A stretch of 63,179 nt of DNA from Candidatus Aenigmatarchaeota archaeon (GTDB taxonomy: Archaea > Aenigmatarchaeota > Aenigmatarchaeia > CG10238-14). This document shows positions 1 to 8,757 of the stretch, piece after piece. Under the pieces are notes generated by a model. That model saw only the letters and a program-made list of their open reading frames with translations. It searched no databases and was not told the DNA's origin. The position numbers and the translations under genes are program-made. The DNA lies in the NCBI GenBank assembly GCA_018920365.1, contig JAHLMM010000001.1:70449-133627 (forward strand), in the 5' to 3' direction. Each line of letters opens with the position of its first letter. The stretch's first letter is position 1.

Positions 1-2017
1 AAACGACTTGACCTAAAACACTGTAAACGCTGTTGTCTTTAATATCAAGGTTTTCAGTTTCAAAATAGCCACAATAAGGCCAATTGCCACAACTATATAG
101 CCCTGGTATAGAAGTTTGCCAAACCAAGTTTTGATCTTTTGTTATATAAACATTAGAGCTTGAACCTTGTAAATAATTCCAATAAACAATTCCTGATACT
201 TCAAAACTTGGACAATAAGACATTTTTAAAAGTGCACATTTAGGATAGCTGTGACATTGTAATTCAATGCCTGGATTGACAGAAGTTTGGCTTCCTGTTG
301 CGCAAATATAATAATCGCTTTCTTTTGGTGAATGTGCTTCATCATAAAATTCATAACCTATGCTGTCGCCTTCAGGCAATTTGATGAAAAGAATTCTTGC
401 AATTCCTATATTACTACCATACCAATAATCTGTTAAATTAAATGGGCCTTTTGAACATAATCTTCCAGGCGCACCTCCGGGGCCGTCCATGCCTTCGCCG
501 CGTTCATCGCATAGATAAACCCATCTACCTTTAGAATATATTTGAATAAGGAACTTTGACATAATAGATGATTCGTACAAATAGTTGAATTCAATATTAT
601 CTAAATATTCATAGTTGTTTACAAGATTCCAGGCAATATACAAAGCTCTTGTGCCATATTTGTTTGTGCAATAAACATCTGTATTTACACTTACAGAGCC
701 GCTACATGCAGTCAATATCTGCTTTATGTTTCTTCCATTATCATCATTACATCTTACTTGATAATTGCTGTTACAATCGTACATAAATGCAGTAAATGGA
801 TACAACGTTTTTGTTGTATAATCTGGACAAGAGCACTCAGCATTTATATCTATTGAGCATGGGAGTGTTGTGGTTGTCGTAGTTGGTGTGGTTGTTCTTG
901 TTGTGTTAGGTGTGGTTGTGATTGGTGGTGTGGTTGTTCTTGTTGTGTTAGGTGTGGTTGTGATTGGTGGTGTGGTTGTTCTTGTTGTGTTAGGTGTGGT
1001 TGTGATTGGTGGTGTGGTTGTTCTTGTTGTGGTTTTTGTTGTTGTAGTAGTTGTCGGAATAGAACATTGCACAATTTTGTCTGACAAACAACCTTCTATA
1101 AACGAAGTGCTGTTAAAAACTCTTCCTTCAGCTTTGTAAATGTATGGGTATATCAAAACATTATCTATGTGTTCAAACTTATTAGGCGATGTATATAACG
1201 GACCCCAATTTCTTATTGATATATACCTATATGTTACTTCACCAGATTGAGCATCTGTTGAACTTTCAGGCATGCCTGGTTCATTACCAAATCTTACACC
1301 TTCAAATCTATACAAAGTTACATAAGAATAAACACTTGGATGATTCATTGTAAACCAATTGAATGTTACATTTAATTTTGGTCGCCCTCCAAAAATTTCA
1401 CATTTTATATCAATATAACTTTGACAAACTTTAACTGTAGTGGTTGTTGGTGTTGGAGTGGTTGTGCTAGTGGTTGTTGGGGGTGTGGTTGTTCTTGTTG
1501 TTGTAACAGGACAGCAATTCCATTTTATGTAATATTTGTTTCCGCAACCTGCTGCAAAACATTCTTTTTCATAAGATATCCCACCTGAATTGCAAAGTCT
1601 TGTTCCTGCAGGACATGTTTTAGCAGAATCACCACAATTAGGATCTGGTCCTGTACAAACAGATGCATAATAACAGCAAGTTGAAATTGCTCCTGGGTTT
1701 CCACATCTTTGAGAATCACATGTTGCGCATACACAATGAGAACCGGCAGGATCATTACATGTACAAAATGCTGTTTCAGGCCAATAACATTTAATATTAC
1801 ATTGACTGCCACTTGAACAAGGAATAATACCAAGTGAAGATGATGCTTGAGCTGGAACTATTTCATTATCTGTTATATAAGTAGTTGAAGGTATTCCAGG
1901 ATTTGATATCGAACTAAAGAATTCTTTTAAGCTTGTTACCAATCCTGTAAAGCTAAATGCATATACTAATGATGGCAGTAAAATGAGTGCCAACAATACA
2001 TAGCTTGAAAATTTCAT
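1..2017 (-). CDS. Large secreted Cys-rich surface protein with Thr/Pro-rich linkers (3' end runs off the window)
   Basis: Manual translation from ATG 2017 gives MKFSSYVLLALILLPSLVYAF (signal peptide), then dense Cys modules and TTTP repeats. The same frame is open at the window start. It is absent from the ORF track because no stop lies in the window. Confidence 0.85.
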   Translation of the reverse strand, partial: MKFSSYVLLALILLPSLVYAFSFTGLVTSLKEFFSSISNPGIPSTTYITDNEIVPAQASSSLGIIPCSSGSQCNIKCYWPETAFCTCNDPAGSHCVCATCDSQRCGNPGAISTCCYYASVCTGPDPNCGDSAKTCPAGTRLCNSGGISYEKECFAAGCGNKYYIKWNCCPVTTTRTTTPPTTTSTTTPTPTTTTVKVCQSYIDIKCEIFGGRPKLNVTFNWFTMNHPSVYSYVTLYRFEGVRFGNEPGMPESSTDAQSGEVTYRYISIRNWGPLYTSPNKFEHIDNVLIYPYIYKAEGRVFNSTSFIEGCLSDKIVQCSIPTTTTTTKTTTRTTTPPITTTPNTTRTTTPPITTTPNTTRTTTPPITTTPNTTRTTTPTTTTTTLPCSIDINAECSCPDYTTKTLYPFTAFMYDCNSNYQVRCNDDNGRNIKQILTACSGSVSVNTDVYCTNKYGTRALYIAWNLVNNYEYLDNIEFNYLYESSIMSKFLIQIYSKGRWVYLCDERGEGMDGPGGAPGRLCSKGPFNLTDYWYGSNIGIARILFIKLPEGDSIGYEFYDEAHSPKESDYYICATGSQTSVNPGIELQCHSYPKCALLKMSYCPSFEVSGIVYWNYLQGSSSNVYITKDQNLVWQTSIPGLYSCGNWPYCGYFETENLDIKDNSVYSVLGQVV
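885..1031 (-). repeat. 42-bp coding tandem repeat, about 3.5 copies, encoding PPITTTPNTTRTTT
   Basis: Unit ggtgtggttgttcttgttgtgttaggtgtggttgtgattggt at 885, 927 and 969, partial at 1011. Confidence 0.95.
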
Positions 2018-2070
2018 AATTTAATTTTGATTTCTATATAAAAAGTTTTTTGTATAAGTATGTTATATAT

Positions 2071-2155
2071 GCCCCAGTAGCTCAGTTGGTAGATAAAAGC
2101 CAAAAGCAATTGCCTCGTAAGCAATAGGTCGTGGGTTCAAATCCCACCTGGGGCT
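2071..2155 (+). tRNA. tRNA-Thr(CGT) with 12-nt intron (2093-2104) at position 22/23
   Basis: Acceptor GCCCCAG/CTGGGGC, anticodon arm ATTGC-CTCGTAA-GCAAT, T-arm GTGGG-TTCAAAT-CCCAC. The D-stem GCTC/GAGC is restored only after removing ATAAAAGCCAAA. Confidence 0.9.
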
Positions 2156-4020
2156 TAACAGAATTTAATTGAATCTCTTTTCATACATCCAGATGATATC
2201 AACTTATTCACTGCATTAGGATCGCAAAAAGCAGCTCTTTTTACATCATCTTCACTGCATCCTCTATCAACAAGTATTTGACCTATTTCTCCAGCCGATT
2301 TTCTCTGACCTTCAAATTCAAAACAATAATATCTACTTCCAGAATAATATTCAGCACCCCATTCTGATTGATCACCTGTTTTGCAACCGCCGTATGAAAA
2401 TTGAAGTCCATGCAAAAGTTCATGCCTAAAAAGAATATTTAATTCATTTTGACCTAATCCAGATAAAACATTATATTTACAATATACAGCCAATCCCTTA
2501 CAGCCTTTTTTAGTGACATAACACCAATATCTTATGCCTTCTTCTGTACAATCATCAGATAAATCAATATTAACCCCCATCTCTTTTTTGATCTGCTCAA
2601 AAATCTGCCTAAAATCCCCTGAGTACATTGTATGTGTCCAAGGAATGTCTGTAGCAGGGATTGAATGTCCAATTGATGGTGGATCTTGAAAAGCAACAGC
2701 TTGATCAGGTGTTTTACACCCTGTACACCAGCTGTTTTTCAAATTTTCTGGAACACATCTATCACATTGAGGTTGAACGCCTGCCAAAGGAATTCTAGTA
2801 ATAGCATCTACACACAAACCTAAATTGCTATCAAAAACTCCTGTACTGCAACTCCAATCACATTCACATTGGCCCATGGTATAACAATTTCTTGATTGAA
2901 TCGCAACATTTGTGTGAACAGAAAAAGTCAGATAGTTTTGTCCTGGAACAGAAAGTCTATATTTTTTATCTGTACAACTAAATGTTGCTTCTACGCTGCT
3001 TTTGACAGTACTCCACATTTCAACAATTTGATCTGAACAATCATCCTGCAATGTTTGAGCGTTTGCTGGCGAATATACAAATGGTTTTGATTGATCATAT
3101 GATGAAAGTTTTAATTCGTCTTGTATACACAAATCACCATATGAACCATAATAGCAGTTATTGCATGTCGGTGACTCATCCCAATACACACAACTTGTAA
3201 CATCACCACAAGATTGCTTCTCCTGATGACAACATCCATAGTTTGCTTGACATGTAACATAGCTATCAAATCTATTTTGCAAATTTTCTAATGCCTTCTG
3301 AACAGCATTTGTATAGCATTGATAAAAACCTGGGCAGTTTGATTGACATTCTCCTGCTTGATTGCAATTGCATATCTGCATCATACAACCGCACATATAT
3401 CTTGAAAACACATTGTCTTCTGCCCATCTTCTAAAATTTCTATAGAGGTACCAAAATCTTACTTTGCCTATGTCTTGATAAACATTATTTGACGAATTTA
3501 TGAAGAAATTTCCATCGTTTATATACAAATAACTTCCATATGCACCAACATCAAACGATTCGTCATTCGTGCCTGACATTATATCTTGCTGATTGACATT
3601 ATAATCAATGCAATTAAATTTTCCTGAAAAAAATTCAACACCTTCATCTTCTTTGCTCTTGTTTGATTTAATCATATAACTGTTTAAGATTTTTTTCGTA
3701 TCTTCTGATAAATAATATTTGATTTCATCAACAGACGGAACAGATGGTGATGTGCATATCCATGTTCTTGTTGTACCTATATTACTTCCACCGTTTTTGG
3801 CTATATTTTTTGTTGATTGGTGAGAAGCAAGTGTTAATGCAGTTTTTGTGAATCCTTTGAAATTTTCTATATATTGCTGCATTTTAGACATCATGAAATT
3901 TTTTAATGACTCTTTTGTGTATGTTGTTTGATTATACATAGATAAAATCCAAATTACAGCTGTAACTGCAACTATTGATACTATTATCAGCAAACTACTT
4001 TGAGATTTTTCACCAAACAT
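2155..4020 (-). CDS. Cys-rich pilin-like surface protein with C-terminal HEXXH zincin-like domain
   Basis: N-terminus EKSQ plus hydrophobic helix (class III signal peptide-like), many Cys, FRHELLHGLQ followed by SEWGAE. Confidence 0.65.
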   Translation of the reverse strand: MFGEKSQSSLLIIVSIVAVTAVIWILSMYNQTTYTKESLKNFMMSKMQQYIENFKGFTKTALTLASHQSTKNIAKNGGSNIGTTRTWICTSPSVPSVDEIKYYLSEDTKKILNSYMIKSNKSKEDEGVEFFSGKFNCIDYNVNQQDIMSGTNDESFDVGAYGSYLYINDGNFFINSSNNVYQDIGKVRFWYLYRNFRRWAEDNVFSRYMCGCMMQICNCNQAGECQSNCPGFYQCYTNAVQKALENLQNRFDSYVTCQANYGCCHQEKQSCGDVTSCVYWDESPTCNNCYYGSYGDLCIQDELKLSSYDQSKPFVYSPANAQTLQDDCSDQIVEMWSTVKSSVEATFSCTDKKYRLSVPGQNYLTFSVHTNVAIQSRNCYTMGQCECDWSCSTGVFDSNLGLCVDAITRIPLAGVQPQCDRCVPENLKNSWCTGCKTPDQAVAFQDPPSIGHSIPATDIPWTHTMYSGDFRQIFEQIKKEMGVNIDLSDDCTEEGIRYWCYVTKKGCKGLAVYCKYNVLSGLGQNELNILFRHELLHGLQFSYGGCKTGDQSEWGAEYYSGSRYYCFEFEGQRKSAGEIGQILVDRGCSEDDVKRAAFCDPNAVNKLISSGCMKRDSIKFC

Positions 4021-5548
4021 ATAAAATCACTTCTGCATACATTCCATACGGTCCTGGTACTGGTAACGGCATATGAAATGTCCTAACTGTTTGTTCTGAT
4101 GTAAATTTATGACCATAATTAACAACTTCATCGACCTTGCTTATTTTTAAATTGTAATCTGTAAAGAAATTATACACATAATGGTTTGAGCCAAATGATG
4201 ATGAAACAAGATAATTTAAGTTTTCATCAAATTTGTACATATAAGTATCTTCGCAAGCAACCCAAACATTGCCTTTTGAATCAATACCAACGCCATGGGG
4301 GCCATTACAAGTATCGCCTACTGCTTTGATATTGCCATTTTTATCTATTTTCACAATAGCATTGCTTGTCTTGAAAACAGCATATATGTTATCTTGATTA
4401 TCAACCATTATTCCTTTACCGCCAGTATATTCGTCTAATTTAATTTCAAGTATTCTATTTCCTCTGCTAGATGGATCAGTACTCAACTTGAGAATTTTTT
4501 TATCATTATAACAGTTTACAACCATACACTCATCCATTGTGCATGGTGCTATGCCATAACTCGTGCAATCAAAATTTATTGTGTTAACCGTGTTAGATGA
4601 TGGATTAAATGTCATGATATTTTTATCAAATGTTGATATCCATACAATGTTGTGTTTATCAACAAAACAGCCATATGGTCTGTATGGAAGATTTACTTGA
4701 TTTAATATACTTCCAGTTTTTCCATCAATATAAAATAATACCTTATCATCATACATTCCAACATATACATTGTCATTTCTGTCTATGCACAATGCTCTAA
4801 CATACACAGCATCCTTTTGCTTTGGCAATATTACATTAAGAAGCATGCATTCGTCTTGCCCAAAATTCATCATTTCGCTTTCATCTATAATCATATCTTT
4901 GTTTTTATCGTATGACGTCTCTATTACGCCATTACTATTTTTATCAATGCAACCGTTTTTTTCAGATAATCCAAACTTTACAACAGAATTATAATTCCTG
5001 TTGCCAATCCAGACATTTCCTTTGCTATCTAAAGCTATTCTTGAGGGATTGCCATTAACACCCTCTGGCACTGTGTAATATCTTCCCATTTCTCTGCCAT
5101 CATCTGAACTTACTTTGGAAATTGAATTTCCGTGCGATCTTCTTGAAACATCCAATGGATTTGCATTAGGTATCCACATTGGATTTATTTCTCTTGACAC
5201 AACTAAAACTGTCAAATTCCATCTATCTCCATAATAATCGGTGAAATATTTTTCAATTATTTTTTTTGCATCAAGATAGCCATAACCCTCGCCGTAAAAA
5301 ATCATATCGTCTTGAGAAATTATTCTGTCTGATAATATTTGCGCTATTGTTTTTTCTGTTCCTGGCAGTTCTGTATAGAAAATACCTTTTACAGAATCTG
5401 AATTATAAAGCAAATTTCTTTCTTCTATTTGAACATCTTGTTTTGTAATTGATGGTTTTCTCATGAAATACAAGGATGTTAAAACAACAAATATTATCAA
5501 AATTACAATAATTGTAAGTTCAAAAATTTCTTTTGATTGTCCTTTCAT
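4010..5548 (-). CDS. Pilin-like protein with beta-propeller domain
   Basis: MKGQSKEIFE plus TM helix; repeated blade motifs (PSRIALDSKGNVWI, PHGVGIDSKGNVWV, GIMVDNQDNIY). Confidence 0.7.
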   Translation of the reverse strand: MKGQSKEIFELTIIVILIIFVVLTSLYFMRKPSITKQDVQIEERNLLYNSDSVKGIFYTELPGTEKTIAQILSDRIISQDDMIFYGEGYGYLDAKKIIEKYFTDYYGDRWNLTVLVVSREINPMWIPNANPLDVSRRSHGNSISKVSSDDGREMGRYYTVPEGVNGNPSRIALDSKGNVWIGNRNYNSVVKFGLSEKNGCIDKNSNGVIETSYDKNKDMIIDESEMMNFGQDECMLLNVILPKQKDAVYVRALCIDRNDNVYVGMYDDKVLFYIDGKTGSILNQVNLPYRPYGCFVDKHNIVWISTFDKNIMTFNPSSNTVNTINFDCTSYGIAPCTMDECMVVNCYNDKKILKLSTDPSSRGNRILEIKLDEYTGGKGIMVDNQDNIYAVFKTSNAIVKIDKNGNIKAVGDTCNGPHGVGIDSKGNVWVACEDTYMYKFDENLNYLVSSSFGSNHYVYNFFTDYNLKISKVDEVVNYGHKFTSEQTVRTFHMPLPVPGPYGMYAEVILYVW

Positions 5549-5552
5549 TTTA

Positions 5553-6365
5553 TCAACTTTTTATTTTTACTTTATTTATTTGTGAATTTGACTCAAAAAA
5601 ATAATATCCTTTTGATTCAATTTTGGAAAATTCTATCTCTTTTTCACAAACCAAATTTTGACATTTTTTTCCTGTTATAAAATCCATACAAATGAAATTC
5701 TTGTTATTAATTCTCTCCACATATGTTGGATAATGTAAATACATTTCAGTTTTAGATTGACCCAAAGAAGAGCAGCTTGAATCTATAAATCCTGATAATT
5801 TTTCCATTTCACCTGAAACAACTTCTACGGTTATTTTTCCAGGGACTTGTTTATCTCTATCATAGAAAACTATAACTGGACTTGTGACTGTTATCAATTT
5901 AGAAAAAGCATCTCCTTCTGAAAAATCGTTTATCCCAAACTCCCATTGTTCTGGCTGAACAACTGATTGAATTGTTTCTTTGGTGTTCCCATATTTCTCA
6001 CTGTTTATGTTATAACCAAACGTCTCGACTTTAACTCTTATACCATATTCTGTTTTGTTGTCGCATGGTATTTTAAAGCCCTTGAAATTGCTAGAAAAAA
6101 AATCAAGTTTTGATTTGTCCAAAATTTTATAAGTGGAAACTTTAATCTGTTCATTTCTTATATTGGCATTCTCATTATATCCTATGCATTTGCTAGATAA
6201 AAGCACACCAACTGTTTCATATGATGATTTATAAAATTTAAGTGATTCTTTATCTTCTTCTGATTGAAAATTCAAATAAACAGTTCGATTAATGAAAAAA
6301 GCAATTAAAATTATTACAAGTATTAAATATACAGATTTTACAAAAAAACTAGACTCTGATTTCAC
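5553..6365 (-). CDS. Membrane-anchored pilin-like hypothetical protein
   Basis: MKSE plus hydrophobic N-terminal helix, paired Cys; first gene of the three-gene operon. Confidence 0.6.
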   Translation of the reverse strand: MKSESSFFVKSVYLILVIILIAFFINRTVYLNFQSEEDKESLKFYKSSYETVGVLLSSKCIGYNENANIRNEQIKVSTYKILDKSKLDFFSSNFKGFKIPCDNKTEYGIRVKVETFGYNINSEKYGNTKETIQSVVQPEQWEFGINDFSEGDAFSKLITVTSPVIVFYDRDKQVPGKITVEVVSGEMEKLSGFIDSSCSSLGQSKTEMYLHYPTYVERINNKNFICMDFITGKKCQNLVCEKEIEFSKIESKGYYFFESNSQINKVKIKS

Positions 6366-6441
6366 ATTTAATTTATTGATTATTTAAAAAATAAAATTAG
6401 CATTTGATAATTTTTTAAAGTTTTTGATAGAATATATTAAA

Positions 6442-6688
6442 GGTGAGTTGGAGAGATAGCTTCGCCTTTCCCTCAAAAGAAAGGTGAGGAAGTTCCACCC
6501 GTTGAGAGATAGACAAGGTGAGAGCCTTGTTTTCGGCATCAGAAACGATACCTTCGTATCCAAATGGAATGATTGGATATGACGTCGGATATTGAAGGAT
6601 GAAACGGGCCGAAATATCTATGAAACGCAAGCTTTTGCGCTTAGACGGATGCTATCTTAAAACAGAAGGTGGGCTACCCCAACACACC
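6442..6688 (+). ncRNA. rnpB: Archaeal RNase P RNA (compact)
   Basis: GC-rich island. P4 signatures GAGGAAGTTCCACCC and AACAGAAGGTGGGCT; P1 GGTG..GTTGG/CCAAC..CACC; P2 AGATAGC/GCTATCT; P3 CGCCTTTC/GAAAGGTG; two GAAAC motifs. Confidence 0.92.
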
Positions 6689-6720
6689 ATTTTATATATG
6701 TAAAATACAAAGGTGAAAAT

Positions 6721-6879
6721 ATGGGAAAGAAAGATCAAACAAGAATACCATCTGGAATGGCTGGTATAGTAAGATATGGTGAAGAACCAAAAGATACAAT
6801 AAAAATAAAGCCAGAACAAGTTGTATATTTTACAATTGCATTGCTTGTGCTTGAAGTTATACTCAAATTCTATGGCTAA
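6721..6879 (+). CDS. secG: Preprotein translocase subunit Sec61beta/SecG
   Basis: MGKKDQTRIPSGMAGIVRYGEEPKDTIKIKPEQVVYFTIALLVLEVILKFYG, with family motif AGxVRY..I.I.P plus a TM helix; GGTGA RBS. Not in the ORF track. Confidence 0.9.
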   Translation: MGKKDQTRIPSGMAGIVRYGEEPKDTIKIKPEQVVYFTIALLVLEVILKFYG

Positions 6880-6904
6880 ATATTTTTAATCTTATATTAT
6901 TTTA

Positions 6905-7987
6905 ATGCAAAAATTTCAGGAAATTATAGATAGACTTACAGATATTGAAAAAAACAGAATGAAAATAGCAGATACACTAAAAAATGTCAATAACTCATTC
7001 TCGATAGGGCCGAATGAAGAGATTTTTGATAAAAGACTGATAAATAAAATTCAACTAAAACCAATCAAAAAAAATGTTGTTGGTGTTGATGGTGGTATAG
7101 TAAAGACAAGTTTGCATGGCGTTGATTTAATACTTTTTAGAGCAATAGGAGTCAATTTCATTTATCTTGATAATGTTTTGCATCAAACTAATTATTTTCC
7201 ATCAACCTTTCCAGAACCTTCTTCTGAAGTGATAGTTAATGCCTTGTCAGAGATTGAATTAGAATATTGCCATAATTTTGTTAGACAAATAAAAGAGATT
7301 GAAACAGCAATTGAATCTATAAAAAAATTCAAACCTGAAATGGTTTTGCTAGATGGATCAATTATACCACATTATGTAACAAAACCTGAAAATGACTTTC
7401 TTAAAGAGTATTACAAAAAACTAATAGATATTTACAAAGAGCTCTTTGATTTAAGCGAGAATATTGTACTTGCTGGCGTTATTGAAGATAGTAGAGGCAA
7501 TAAATTTTGCGATATTTTGATTAGAAGAGCTTTCAGTATATTTGAAGATGAACTAAACAAAAAAAGCCTAAACATCCTTGAAAAGACGAGAGATACAAAC
7601 TTGCTATATTATATGCTTGAGAAAGGAGAGAGAACTTGTGTCTTTAATTATTCATCTACACCATCAAATCATCCAATAATAAAGGAATTCAGCAAATTTT
7701 TTGATAAATTCGTAAGTTTCTATGTGAAAACAGTTGAGTTTGATAGGCCGATAAGAGTGGATTTTTTGGCAAATGATGATCCGATAGAAACAGCAAACGA
7801 AATATCAAATTTCTTAATATCTACAAGTGGCCATGCTGACTATGGATTGCCTGCTGTACTGATAGAAGCTGATAAAAGAGCAAAACTCACTCATCAAGAT
7901 TTAGACAACTTTTATCATGATATAATAAATAAGATTGGTAATTTTTCAAGTATTTTTAAATTAAGAAGAGAAAATAGGCCTTTTTGA
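6905..7987 (+). CDS. nurA: NurA family 5'-3' nuclease
   Basis: VGVDGG, LLDGSI and YGLPAVLIEADKRAK motifs. Confidence 0.85.
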   Translation: MQKFQEIIDRLTDIEKNRMKIADTLKNVNNSFSIGPNEEIFDKRLINKIQLKPIKKNVVGVDGGIVKTSLHGVDLILFRAIGVNFIYLDNVLHQTNYFPSTFPEPSSEVIVNALSEIELEYCHNFVRQIKEIETAIESIKKFKPEMVLLDGSIIPHYVTKPENDFLKEYYKKLIDIYKELFDLSENIVLAGVIEDSRGNKFCDILIRRAFSIFEDELNKKSLNILEKTRDTNLLYYMLEKGERTCVFNYSSTPSNHPIIKEFSKFFDKFVSFYVKTVEFDRPIRVDFLANDDPIETANEISNFLISTSGHADYGLPAVLIEADKRAKLTHQDLDNFYHDIINKIGNFSSIFKLRRENRPF

Positions 7988-8680
7988 TTATTTGAAAATT
8001 CCAATAGGCACATTATTTAGCTTCATATAGCTTGCATATCCTTTGATATAAACAAGTCCGTTTTTATAATTTATCTCACCGTCAAAATTGTAAATCTCTA
8101 ATCTGTCATTCTGCAATACAGCTGGTATTTTCAACCCAAGCCAACTTAAGCTGCCTGATACTTGTTTGAATTCCAGATAATCGGATTCTGCATTTGTTAT
8201 TTTGTATTGCATTGGTTTTGAGGTAAGAGAAAATGAAATATCTGTTTTGTTTATCCCAAAATTATCTATCCAAAAATCTGAAGTCTTGCCTGATATAACC
8301 AAGCTATCTGAAGTATATGTTATCTTTCCATTAGCATTTTGCGTGTAAAAATTAACTTTGTCTTTAAATGAAAGTGTTGCTGCATCCATATTTCCAGAGA
8401 TTACATTACCTTGAATGCTTATCTCGGAATCTTTTATATCAAACTCTATACCATTTAAATAAGTCGGATCAACACCTGATAGTGTTAATTCTATCTTACT
8501 ACTATCATCTTTTTTGACAGAGGTTACTTTGCCTGTAAGGTTTTTGAAAAAATTGCCTAATGTCTTGACTTTATCGTTTAACTTGCTCTTTTCAAGAAAA
8601 TCTCTGCCTCTTGGGGATGCTAAAAAAAGTGCGCCTAAGATTATAACTGCTATGATAAAAACTATGACTTTGCTATCCAT
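7988..8680 (-). CDS. Membrane-anchored beta-rich hypothetical protein
   Basis: 230-aa ORF with N-terminal TM helix. Confidence 0.75.
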   Translation of the reverse strand: MDSKVIVFIIAVIILGALFLASPRGRDFLEKSKLNDKVKTLGNFFKNLTGKVTSVKKDDSSKIELTLSGVDPTYLNGIEFDIKDSEISIQGNVISGNMDAATLSFKDKVNFYTQNANGKITYTSDSLVISGKTSDFWIDNFGINKTDISFSLTSKPMQYKITNAESDYLEFKQVSGSLSWLGLKIPAVLQNDRLEIYNFDGEINYKNGLVYIKGYASYMKLNNVPIGIFK

Positions 8681-8757
8681 ATTAATCCTTATTTAATTTA
8701 TGATAAATTAACAATATATTTATATAACTTCAATACAATTTGAAAAAAGGTGCTTGA

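Noticed and set aside
885-1031. Possible CRISPR array
   Set aside because: Contiguous identical units with no unique spacers, in frame within a CDS, and no cas genes in the window.
850-1833. Track ORFs 850..1074 (Gln/His-rich), 870..1139 (Val-rich) and 1525..1833
   Set aside because: Alternative frames or antisense shadows of the long minus-strand ORF starting at 2017.
6415-6630. 71-aa minus-strand ORF
   Set aside because: Antisense to the RNase P RNA; no protein features.
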